From Amoebophrya sp. A120 (Eukaryota; Protista; Dinoflagellata), in assembly GCA_905178155.1 (NCBI GenBank), contig CAJINV010000001.1, forward strand, positions 5,598,757 through 5,662,756: a stretch of DNA of 64,000 bases. The letters run 5' to 3'. Position 1 is the first letter of the stretch, and each line of letters starts with the position of its first letter. The notes beneath the pieces were generated by a model. The model was not told the origin of the DNA and made no database searches. It saw only the letters and a program-made list of their open reading frames with translations. Below are positions 37,801 through 47,671 of the stretch, piece after piece. The position numbers and the translations under genes were made by a program.

Positions 37801-39482
37801 AGGCCAAGCTGGGGCCCACCTGTGCCGCATCGGGCTGTGCGCGTCCAACTATCTCATGGTGGGCCCGCTCTTGGTGCGCCGCATATGGACCCGCCCTTGC
37901 TGCACAGACAAGGCTTACACCGTGCCGCATCCGACCGCAGATTCGCGCCGCGATCCAATTTATATCATGGACCTTTGTAGCCTTCACGCACAGATACCTT
38001 TTCCAAGCGACAAGAACGACTGCGAACGCTCTGTCGCCTGCGTTCGTGCGTGCGTGCGCCCGCTCACGCGCGTCTCATCCCCATCCCCGTGCGCGCGCGC
38101 GCGCGCGCGCATGAAGGTGTGCGCGCGCGCGCGTGCGCGCATGAATGTGTGCGCGCGCAGGAAGGTGTGTGTGTGTGCGTGCGCGCGTGCGCGCGCATGC
38201 GTTCGTGCGCGCCTCACCCAAGGTGTGTGCGCGCGCGCGCGCGCGCGCTCGTGCGCGCAGGAAGGTGAGCAGGAAGGTGTGCGTGCGCGCGCGCGCGCGC
38301 TCGTGCGCGCAGGAAGGTGAGAAGGAAGGCGTGCGTGCGTGCGTGCGCTCGCACGCACACCTCACACCCCTACATGTTGGTTTTTTCAGCACTTTCCCCT
38401 ACATCAATCGCAAACAGCACGGCACTACGCACCAAATGACGTATAAAATGATGCTGAAAATACGACTTTGCGTGCACCCGTACAAGTTGCAAGATTTTGA
38501 GTTCATCATACCGTCGTGTTTCGCTGAAACACGACGGTATCATGAATTCACTTGCTTACAAGCAAATTTCGAGTAGACAAAAGTTTCAAAGTATATTTAT
38601 AAACCTGAGTTTCGCCTTTGCGCCGGGGCTGCTGCAGTTGGTGAAGATTCCTTTTCCCTTGAAGAGGATGTGGTACACGTCGGGGACCATGCCACCGGTG
38701 TAGCGCAGCGTGTACTTTTCCTTGATCCAGTGTTGCACCAAATTCGAGTACAGCGCGTTATCCGCCGTGGCGCGGAGATTCCCCGGCGCGAACACCTTGC
38801 CGAGCTTCGGCTGGACGGCAAAACTTTTCGTTTTCCGCCAGCTGTTCTGGGCCCACGTGAACTCCACCGTGCCGTGGTTCACCGTTGCCACGGCCATGGT
38901 AATGCGGGGTCCATACATGGCCATGGCGGCCGCATGCTGCTGTTTCCCCGTCACGTTCAGCAACGTACTGCCTGGCCACACACCAAAGATGCTCCCGACC
39001 GTGAAATTAGCGTCCACAATACTGCTTCCATCCAAGGGGTCAAAGGCGACGGAGTAGTGGGGCGGACCTGAGTTTTTTGTACACAGATTTGATTAGCAAA
39101 AAATGTTGAACTTCTTTGTACAGATGCGGAACGTGGTAAGTACATGGTCATGCGCATACAAAGGTGAGTAAGTACCTTCCATCGACACCTCCTCGGTGGT
39201 TTCTTCGCTGGAGGCTACCGCCGCTAGACCCTTGAGCCGTTGAAAGACAACTTTATCCGACGAGACGTCCACCGACAGCTGGACATCCCCGAAGGAGTTT
39301 TGCGTCCCCACCGCCTCCGCTGCGAACTCCGCACCGCCCTCGCGGAGTCGGACCCCGATGTCCACCACCGACTTCGCGATGGCACCGAGCACGGCCGTCA
39401 GCTCCGGCGAATTCGCGTCGTCGCCAAACGGCAGCACGCCGGCGCCCGGCACGTCACCTGGCGCAGACGGCGAGGAGGTCAT
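34865..39482 (-). CDS. SBP: Sedoheptulose-1,7-bisphosphatase (FBPase class 1 superfamily), 322 aa. Exons 39482-39176, 39067-38605, 35063-34865
   Basis: [53 protein letters not shown] (SBPase-type) and [20 protein letters not shown] after splicing GT-AG introns 39068-39175 and 35064-38604. Exon lengths sum to 969 nt. Confidence 0.9.
35165..35970. repeat. (CG)n-rich compound minisatellite, with units gcacacggggatgcggaggaggt and gcacagggggaccaggaggaggt separated by CG runs
   Basis: Read directly from the sequence; explains the Arg-Ala ORFs in all six frames. Confidence 0.95.
36635..37455. repeat. Degenerate ~18-nt minisatellite, gtcagcggcggcccc(tta/attg/tctg)
   Basis: Dozens of copies are visible. 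Confidence 0.95.
38040..38360. repeat. (CG)n/(TG)n-rich right arm with aggaaggtg units
   Basis: Read directly from the sequence. Confidence 0.9.
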
Positions 39483-40027
39483 CTTCTTCGTGGTGTGGTC
39501 TTCTGCTGTTTTTGAGACAGCTATCTCTACTCGCTTCTTGTTCTCATTATGCCCGCATCAACAAAAAAGATTCATTCGCAGAGTGGGATTGTATGAACAG
39601 TACGGACACACATCAGTGCCGTGCTTTACTTCCGGATCAGAGACACCATTCGATAATCAGAAGTGCAAAACTGCCCACGGATATGTCAACAGCCGGTCAC
39701 TGACGATTTCTGTTGGCCCAGATTTGAAATTCGCGTTTTCGGTAAGGCGCACTTTCCAAATTTTTCGTAGTGGCACTAGTACTGTCAAACCATGTAATAG
39801 CTGATACGTATTCAGGATCGCGACTTGGAATAGGAATGAGGGAGCGATCTTTCCAGTACCTGCAGCACTAAAGATGCAGCTCCGAACTTTGACTTCTGAA
39901 AAAATGTCGCACTGTATCGGTTGAGGAATGAGTCCCGAGTAAGTAGATAAATATCTTGTCCCTGATCGACGTCCTTGTTTCCGCACATCAAAATCCGCCA
40001 GCAAACTCCTGTTATCGCAATGTTCAA

Positions 40028-42967
40028 TTAGAACCCTGCATCTGCGGCTGCTTTGTCGTTCTCACCGGATGACACCGCTTTTGTCTGCACGCCATCTTCA
40101 GCTAATCCGAGTTTTCGTGATCGCAGGTACCGCACGGTACGCATGAAGCGACTGGGATCCTGCTGCACCACAGCTCGAACGAGGTCGACGACTTCCGGCA
40201 GGCCGGGGCGTTTATTCTTAGGACGCAACTTGAGAAAGAAAACGCAGGCATTGTCGAAATTGAGCTCCGCACACTCCACGAGCTCTGCGCATTGTCGCGC
40301 ATTGGACCCGTCGGCGGAAAGGAAATTGCTCTCCACAAAGTCACGCAATTTTGGAAGCAGCTCAAACCAGAGGTCCAGAATCGCACGAACCTGCGGAATC
40401 CAGCTTGGTGATAGCGCTTGCTCGGTTAAAATTTTTGCATATGCATCGACGGTATGGCTTTCCTCGTCTGCGGTTGCTTGCAGGAGTACTGCTTTGTTGA
40501 GGAACGTGTGCGCAATAGAGGCAACGTCTTAGAGAAAAAAATTCATTTCCTTGCCGGTTTGCAGTCGGTTTCGCTGTTTTCTTACGACGTCACTTGTTTC
40601 AGAGCCAAGCTCCGCAAAAATGGTCTGCTTCAAACTGGTCGCACGGCTTATCTCATGCGCAGGACTCTGAATCGAACCAAACAAATGCTCCGAGGTATCA
40701 CCCGCAACTTTATCGTTTGAGGCGAACTTCTGCAGCATTGACCCTTCAGCACTGCTCGAACGACCAGGTTCATCGGCTGCGAAGCGGCCTGGCTCTCTTC
40801 GCAAGCAATCCCAGTTCCTGTTCACATTGGTTCGATAGAAGTTGACTGAGTGAAAGGTGTCGACAATGGCATTGCGCAACTCGAGCAAGGCAGGTCGTAG
40901 GAGCAGCCTGGGGCTGGTTTTCTCGACCCCACCATCAAGGGAGTCAGTTGCGTCCAGGTAGAAGAAGGGAAATTCGAACACCTGCAGCGCAATTGGGTCG
41001 CAGAGGTGGCTTCGTAACGCGGTAGCCACCCCAGAAACTAAACTCACAGCGAGATTCATACTGGGAGCGTCGCAGTCTTTAAAGACGACCGTCCGGTAGC
41101 CGTGTAGCCTCACGAACGCGAAGAAGTTCTTTGCGGAGAGCTCTAGCGGATCGTTAAGGCTGCCGCCACCAGCAGTGGCAGCTGCTTCCGCTGTCTCAGT
41201 GTTGCCGGAAGTTCGCGCGCTTTCGCCAGAATCGTCGCGCGGAAACGGCTGCAGCGTAATATTGGAAATCAGCAAGTCGGTGTGGTGCGGTTTTGCAAAG
41301 TCGGCGAAAGCGGTACGAATCTCGCTTTGCAGTTCCGCAAGTGTGAGATCCCGCCTGGAGAGGGCGGCCGCCAGACGATGCTGCTCATCTCTTTCTTTCG
41401 TATCGAGCACTGCAAAAGGCTGCGCGCTTCTTTCTACCCGTGCACTGGTAGAGGTGCATGCACTTTTGTTCGGATCATCCACCCAGGCAGGCGCTGCTGC
41501 ACCGTTAGTCTCCAATGGCTTCCAGGTACGCGGGCAGTGGGGCTGCAAGACATTGTAACAATTCAGGTACTTCTGTCGCTCCGCTGCACCGCCCCGTCCG
41601 ATCTTTTTCACCCTTTCCTCCACCATTTGCAGCAGGGTGGAGTCTTTTTTGTCCACGACGCGCTCCAGCAACGAGGAGTAGTTTTTGTCAACCCTGCGGG
41701 CGCAGCGCACTGTAAAAGCAATTTCGTCCACTTCCTGCTTCCGCTCCGGCGTGTTGAACCTCAACCACCAGGAGTCCAGGAGAACAGTCAGCATCTTCGC
41801 ATCCGCTCGGTAGCAGGCAATGCTGAATGCCGTGTTTCCCCAGGACTTTTCCTGGAACATCGGGTCGGCCCATTGCAACCACGGCTCCTCGTGGTTCGTC
41901 GTGCGCGCAGCGTGTTTTTCGACCAGAAAGCGCACGCACTCCAGGAACCCTTGTTCGCAACAGAAATGCAACAACGTCTGGCCGCCGAAGCATCGTAGCT
42001 GCATTTGCGCAAGTGTATGGAAAAACCGCGGGTTCTGCTGGTCTCCGGTCTGAAAGTACATTTTCAGCATTTCCACGAAGAAAGGATCCTGCAGCGCAGC
42101 CTGCAGCACGCCAGGGTCGTCGCCGTCTTCGAGAAGATCGAACTTCTCCCCGATCACGGTCTGGACGACATCCATATTCGTAGCAAAGTGGGAGGTGACC
42201 ACGCGTCGATCTGAAATGTCATGGATCACCCGGTGCCAGACGCCGTCCTTCAATTCGGACGCTTTGTCCACCAAGCCGTCTGACCTGGTGTCATGCTCCT
42301 CGCCGCGTGTGTCGTGATGAAGCTCCGACATTTTTACAGAGCCGCGATTGTTCATCTGCACTTCGGCAAACTGATTCTTGTGCTTCCCTCCACCTCGGCC
42401 CTTCCCTTTCTTTCCAAAACCCTTGGCGTTTCGCCGTTCGCAGCGGGTGTACGCAGCAAGGAGCTCGGTGGGCGGAATCCAGCGATAGCAAATCCAGCGG
42501 TAGGGCTTGCCTTTAGATTGCGACCCATGCGAGTCATGCGTGAGGAACTTTTGGCCGCGCTCCATCGTTTCCCTGCACAGTTGAAGATCATTGGCGATGT
42601 CCCGCGAGGCGGCGTGCCCAAACAGGGCTTCGACACAGTTCGTCAAGTACGAACTGCCCAAGGAACATATGCTCGCGGCGTCCATCTTTTTCTTTTCAAA
42701 CTCCTGGTGCACGACAAATGCAAATTTTTCTATGCATAGCTTGCGAATAGAAAGAGCAGATTTACTTGTGCTGTCTTCGTCCAGAAACCTGTGGCTACAA
42801 CTTGGCGGGAAGAGCGACACTTCGTTTCCACACAAAGGAGCATATTCGTAGCGGAAGCGTAAACCCTGATCACAAGGAATGAAATCTAATTTCTTACATC
42901 CGTAAAGACAAGATCCTCCTACTTGCCATGAACCGCTGTGATCGCTACAACGAAAGATCTTGCTCAA
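40028..42967 (-). CDS. Ankyrin-repeat protein, with at least one intron ending at about 40528
   Basis: GGQTLLHFCCEQGFLECVRFLVE and WGNTAFSIACYRADAKMLTVLL are ankyrin repeats. The frame stays open from 40527 to 40028 after the polypyrimidine acceptor TTTTTTTCTCTAAG. Donor and start codon are uncertain. Confidence 0.7.
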
Positions 42968-43242
42968 TGAATCATAGATCAGTCACGAATTCCCGCGCCT
43001 TCCTACTTACCAAGGACATACGTATAGGCGAGAACAAAACCCAACTACCAGAACTGCAACTTTTTCTGCGACCGAGAACGAACAACAAAGAGCCGCCTGG
43101 TCAGAAAGAGAACAGTCTTTCTCTTGGTTGTGATGGTGACGCGTCTGGTTCCAATTTTTCACTCTCGATTCAGCGTCAAGCCTGACAGTCAATGAGCGTC
43201 CGAGTTTCTAACACCGGGAAGACATCGCAGCTCTTGCCGTCA

Positions 43243-46200
43243 TCACAAACCCCCCTCGTCGTCACTGCTGCTCAGCTCCACCACATCCCCACCCGTCGAC
43301 GCAAGATCTTCCCAGTGCGGCGCGTGCGCGGGCGGGACGGGAAACCCGAGATCCTCGAGAGCAATCAAAAACGCCGCCAGCGCGTTTGCGCCCTGGTTCT
43401 TCCGCGTCCTCAGGCCCGGCAGCGCGGAATGCGTGAAGAAAATCAAGCAAAAGCGCTCGCCTTCAAACGGCATAGTCCCGTGGATGTGCTCCCGCGCGTC
43501 GAAGCGGCGGGGGGTGTTTTCGACACAGAACTCGCGACCGATTATGTACTTGCCGCCGCAGGGGGCGCTTCCAAAGAATTTTGGCCATCGTTCCTCCTTG
43601 CCGTACATGCGCGTTTTCTCGGCGGGGCTCTCGACGATGCTCTTCGGAACAAACAAACGAACGACCCGCCCGTCCTCGGGCTCGTGGACTAGCGCCAAAT
43701 CAGCCCGGTGCTTCACGTCGCTGAGCGTCAGTGCAGGATCGTGCACGAAAAGGCCGCCACCAACAAAGTCGCCCATCGCGATCACGCAGCTATCGCCGAT
43801 GTTTCCACTATCCCGGTGCGGGTAGGTGAACGCGTTTTTGTAGACGTTGACGGAACTGTAGGAAAACTTCTGGTTGGAATTTGGCTGGACAGCAGCTTCT
43901 TGCCCTTTGAGGCGAACAGTTTGGATCTGGTTAAGCAGGCGGCAGAAGAACTCGTTCACCAGCACACAGACCGGCCGCCCGCTGGCTGCTTTCATCTTCG
44001 CCGTGTCCTTTGTCAGTGTACATCCATGGCAGTAGTCACGCGTCGCGCCAAACGTGATGCTTTGCGTCATGACTTTGCTTTCGCCGGCACGGGTTTGCCG
44101 CAGGTCCTTTCCCTTCACCGAGTTCTCGCCTTTTTTGTTCTTCGCAGTGAACGTGTCGCGAAGGAACATGATGGTTTGTTCGAGTGAAAGGCTCTTTCTA
44201 TCGCTTTCCGCTGGCGCCGGAGCTGGTGGTGAGCTTTCCGCAACTGTGACAGGTTTTGAATGCACAGTGTCTGGCACTGGTATTCGATTAGGACTAGCAC
44301 GCACTGATTTCCCGGACAACATGTCAGAAAGCATGCTGACTGCTACGAACATCACCTCCTTCCTCCCATTCAACGGCTTCCTCCCAGCTACCCCTGTCTG
44401 CAACGCTTGGAGACGATTAGCAACCTGCCTTTTAGTCTCATCTATCAGTTCGTAGCAACGCGCTTCGTCCGAAAGCGACACACGAGACTTCTGCAGCAAT
44501 TTTGTAACACCAGTCGTCAGAAGACCACGGTCCAGCAGCTTAACGCAGTGCAACAGGCCTGCAGATACATCATACGCGTCCTCTAGTCGGCCCCAGTAAA
44601 TATACTCGGTTGTCGAAACTAGACCTAGAGCGACTAGCCAACCGCGTAGAGCGAAATACGTATGCTGCTGTTCCTTCGTCCGACCCGTATCGGACCTTCT
44701 CCACAACTGAAACCGCGACCAGACTTCCATGCCGGAATCACAATGGGCCTTGAATTTTTTCTCCAATTTGGTTAATCTGCAACCGACGGCACCACCGTGC
44801 TTCTCGCCGTGCTTGTGCAACACATCCGAGAGTACCATATGGGGAAGATCCTCAAGAGTGCGAATAGCGCTCTGCCATTCCGAAAGTTCCAGGTACGAGG
44901 AATCGCCACTTCCACTCCATGAATATTCCAGCGCCACGCCTTTTGTAACGCGCCACAGTTCCTGGGGCGTGCGCTTTTCGAAAGAAACTTTCAGGCTGGC
45001 CGTTGTTAAAGCTTGAGCAAATTCCGCCACAGCGCGACTTCGACAGCCTTCAGCATCGACGGGCGCGGACAAGAGCATCAGAAGCTTGCAAGCTTCACTA
45101 GTGGCGTCAGGGACTATTTCCGTCTTTGCCAAGAGCCAGGTAGTTGTTGTTTTTTGCAGAACGCCGAAGTCCAGTAACAATCTTCGAATCCCACTCAAGT
45201 GCAGACTACTTTCGTCATCACCTTTTTGTCCCGCCGAGTCACTTTCGGTGCCTTTGGAGCCCCCAGCAGTGTTCTTCGAGCTACTGCTATCGGCGCTAGG
45301 GTCTCCGGACTCAAACTGCTGCAACACCTGCTCCCGAAGCGTCGTAGTCCGTCCACAAATTCTGATGCTCTGCGCTGCCAGCTTCGCAAGCTCAGGCGGC
45401 AGTGTCGCGCTGGACATCAGTCCTGCAACAGTGACACAGAGATCTTCCAGCTTTGCACCCCGAAAAGGAAAGCGGTCGCGGTTTCCGAACTCATCCTGCT
45501 GCCACATCTCTCGGAGCGTTGTACTTCGTCCACGAATTTGGATGCTCTGCGTTGCCAGCTTCTCAAGCTGAGTCGGCAGTCTACCGCCGGAAACTAGTCC
45601 TGCAACAGTAGCACAAAGCTCCTCCAACTTTGCACCTGGAATAGCAGAGCACGCGTTGGGGCCGTCGGACCTGTTCGGCTCGCTGGTGGTGCGCAGTGGA
45701 GATGCAGGTGCAACTAGTACGCCCGTCGCGTGCGCTTCTTTCTTCGCACGCTTAGCGGACGGCTCTCCGATGGAGCGCTGCAGTAGGTTCGATTCCGCGC
45801 CGGAGCCCTCCTGTGCCGGTCGGAGCGCGCTGCTTCGTATCGGCTGAATGCCGTCGAAAAACTTCGTGAACTCCTCCAACGAGACATTGAATTGGCCCTG
45901 GGACAAACCACCCAGGACTTCCTCTGTAACGTTCTTTGGGCCTTCCAGCTTCAGAAACGCCTCCAGCCGGCTTTGCCAGTACATGCGATTTTCCCGGGGA
46001 ATTGACATGTAGTGCTCAATCGTTCCAGCTTCCCGAGGCTTCCGCGCTATCTCGAAAATAGCCAAAAACTTTCTAACGCGGTCGCTGCAAATGCAAAGCC
46101 TTCCGTCTACTCTGCTTTTTTCGTCGGAGAAAATAGAGGTGCCTTTCTTGAAGAACATCCCTCTCGTGCGCTGTGTTGCGTGCTTCTCTTTGCTTATTCG

Positions 46201-46908
46201 GTAGTACGTATCCATTATCGTGAAGAGCGTCTCGCCGCCAACGGTGCCCCGGACTCGTGTGCAAATCGCGTAGACATCGTCGCGCTTGACCTTTTGCCCC
46301 GCGTCCTGGAAGCAGGTCTGTCCGATGTCAAGTTGGTCTGCGTGGGAGTCCAGCTCTTTCAGCGTCGACCTAATTTCATCCGCCGTTGGAATCTCCTGAC
46401 CTTCAGCGAAGTACGAAGCTGGTACTTCGTCACGTTTCAGCAGCTGTGCCATGAACTCAACGATCTTCTCACCGCGCATGTCCTTATTCTGAGCAGCCTC
46501 GAGCGTATCACTGAGAAGTACTTTCCCAGTGGCCATGCTCATGAGCAAGGCGAGGCGACGCTCCGCGCGTTTTGTCAGAACGACTCGAAGCTGCGTCGGG
46601 ACACCCATATCCTCTGCGCGGTCAAGCAGCTCGTGGCGCATCCGCGTAATTGAGTCGACTTCGGGAAAACCCTCCGCGCGTCCATGATTGCGCAGTCGCT
46701 GCAGCTCGTCTTTGAGCGAAACCGTTACGCACGCCCGCTGTTCTTTCCCGAACGTCAGTCCCGATTCGCTGAGCTCCCGCTCGATCAAGACAACTTTCTT
46801 GCTTTTGCTCACGTCATCTCCCTTCTTGCCTGTCACCCAGGATGCATACACCGTGCACCACCAGAGAAACAGGCGCATAAATTCCTTCTCATCCTCCGGA
46901 ACATACAT
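43243..46908 (-). CDS. 1221-aa protein with a C-terminal 2OG-Fe(II) dioxygenase domain (TET/JBP-like), copy 1
   Basis: YSSVNVYKN..PHRDSGNIGDS..AMGDFVGGGL...HIHGTMPFEGERFCLIFF supplies the HxD...H...R residues. NLS-like PSAKRAKK. Single long ORF. Confidence 0.75.
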   Translation of the reverse strand: MYVPEDEKEFMRLFLWWCTVYASWVTGKKGDDVSKSKKVVLIERELSESGLTFGKEQRACVTVSLKDELQRLRNHGRAEGFPEVDSITRMRHELLDRAEDMGVPTQLRVVLTKRAERRLALLMSMATGKVLLSDTLEAAQNKDMRGEKIVEFMAQLLKRDEVPASYFAEGQEIPTADEIRSTLKELDSHADQLDIGQTCFQDAGQKVKRDDVYAICTRVRGTVGGETLFTIMDTYYRISKEKHATQRTRGMFFKKGTSIFSDEKSRVDGRLCICSDRVRKFLAIFEIARKPREAGTIEHYMSIPRENRMYWQSRLEAFLKLEGPKNVTEEVLGGLSQGQFNVSLEEFTKFFDGIQPIRSSALRPAQEGSGAESNLLQRSIGEPSAKRAKKEAHATGVLVAPASPLRTTSEPNRSDGPNACSAIPGAKLEELCATVAGLVSGGRLPTQLEKLATQSIQIRGRSTTLREMWQQDEFGNRDRFPFRGAKLEDLCVTVAGLMSSATLPPELAKLAAQSIRICGRTTTLREQVLQQFESGDPSADSSSSKNTAGGSKGTESDSAGQKGDDESSLHLSGIRRLLLDFGVLQKTTTTWLLAKTEIVPDATSEACKLLMLLSAPVDAEGCRSRAVAEFAQALTTASLKVSFEKRTPQELWRVTKGVALEYSWSGSGDSSYLELSEWQSAIRTLEDLPHMVLSDVLHKHGEKHGGAVGCRLTKLEKKFKAHCDSGMEVWSRFQLWRRSDTGRTKEQQHTYFALRGWLVALGLVSTTEYIYWGRLEDAYDVSAGLLHCVKLLDRGLLTTGVTKLLQKSRVSLSDEARCYELIDETKRQVANRLQALQTGVAGRKPLNGRKEVMFVAVSMLSDMLSGKSVRASPNRIPVPDTVHSKPVTVAESSPPAPAPAESDRKSLSLEQTIMFLRDTFTAKNKKGENSVKGKDLRQTRAGESKVMTQSITFGATRDYCHGCTLTKDTAKMKAASGRPVCVLVNEFFCRLLNQIQTVRLKGQEAAVQPNSNQKFSYSSVNVYKNAFTYPHRDSGNIGDSCVIAMGDFVGGGLFVHDPALTLSDVKHRADLALVHEPEDGRVVRLFVPKSIVESPAEKTRMYGKEERWPKFFGSAPCGGKYIIGREFCVENTPRRFDAREHIHGTMPFEGERFCLIFFTHSALPGLRTRKNQGANALAAFLIALEDLGFPVPPAHAPHWEDLASTGGDVVELSSSDDEGGL

Positions 46909-47093
46909 TTTGATTTTTGCGAATTGGTTGGTACATTGACTAGACGATGAGAATGAGATTCGGGAAAAGAGATATAGCTAAATCAAAATGTTCGAAGCGA
47001 TTGATCCGACAGGGACGATCAGAGAGATCAATCTCTTTCCAGCAAAGATCTGTTCATAAGTTGCGCACTGTTACTTTTCTTACAACCTCAGAG

Positions 47094-47445
47094 AGAGTGG
47101 CGGTTTTTCTAAATGCTTATGCTTCCTCCTAGGCAGCGGGTAGTGCCTAGGTGCCACGAAAAGGATCTTGAAATCTTTCTGACGAAAAAATACGCGGATC
47201 GGTGGTCGCCAGATAATATGATCGAGTAAAGCATGGTTGTGACACGACATAGACATCATCGCCGCTGTACCTGCGTGACCATGACTCAATAGATTCAAAG
47301 GCCAACACGACTGATGGAAAGTCAAAGTCGAGATACTAGTCAGAATGACAAAAACCTGACTCGTGCGGCTCAATCGTGGCCGTGGCACAGCATTTCTTCT
47401 CAAAAATTCTGCCACGACGACACTTCACAAAACACACAGATCTGC
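47094..47445. repeat. Diverged duplicate of 51950-52318 (ATG7 last codons and 3' flank)
   Basis: Shared colinear blocks: ggatcttgaaatcttt, atacgcggatc, cacgacatagacat, agattcaaaggc, gcggctcaatcgtg, cttcacaaaacacacagatct. Confidence 0.85.
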
Positions 47446-47671
47446 GCCCCTTGGACTTCTCCATATTGCCATGCGGTTGCGGACTGAAGAGATTACTATG
47501 CCATGTTGACTGAATGAGAATGGAAACGTCACAGATGAGAGGCGGAGTCAGTTAGGATCGCAGGCTCTCTCCCCCCCGGAGGGTGAGTAGCTATTTCTCC
47601 TCAAAATTTGTTGCCTCAGTGTCGAGCCTCACAGTCAATGAGAGTCCGAGTTTCTAGCACCAGGACACTCA

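Larger units (their letters stand above)
35146..38378. mobile_element. Foldback-like non-autonomous element inside SBPase intron 2
   Basis: Terminal IR ACATGTAnnnnTGTGAGGTGTGCGTGCG at 35148-35175 and 38350-38377. Inner perfect IRs at 36016-36039/37979-38002, 36228-36272/37706-37750 and 36514-36529/37629-37644. Flanking direct repeat GGTTTTTTC at 35137-35145 and 38379-38387. No transposase ORF. Confidence 0.7.

Noticed and set aside
34865-39482. Fructose-1,6-bisphosphatase call, or three separate genes
   Set aside because: [13 protein letters not shown] and FAPGNLRA are SBPase-type, and the pieces splice into one ORF
40500-40560. Stop-codon readthrough or recoding at the in-frame TAA (40529-40531)
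   Set aside because: The TAA lies within a polypyrimidine-AG acceptor, so an intron is the simpler explanation; other genes use standard stop codons
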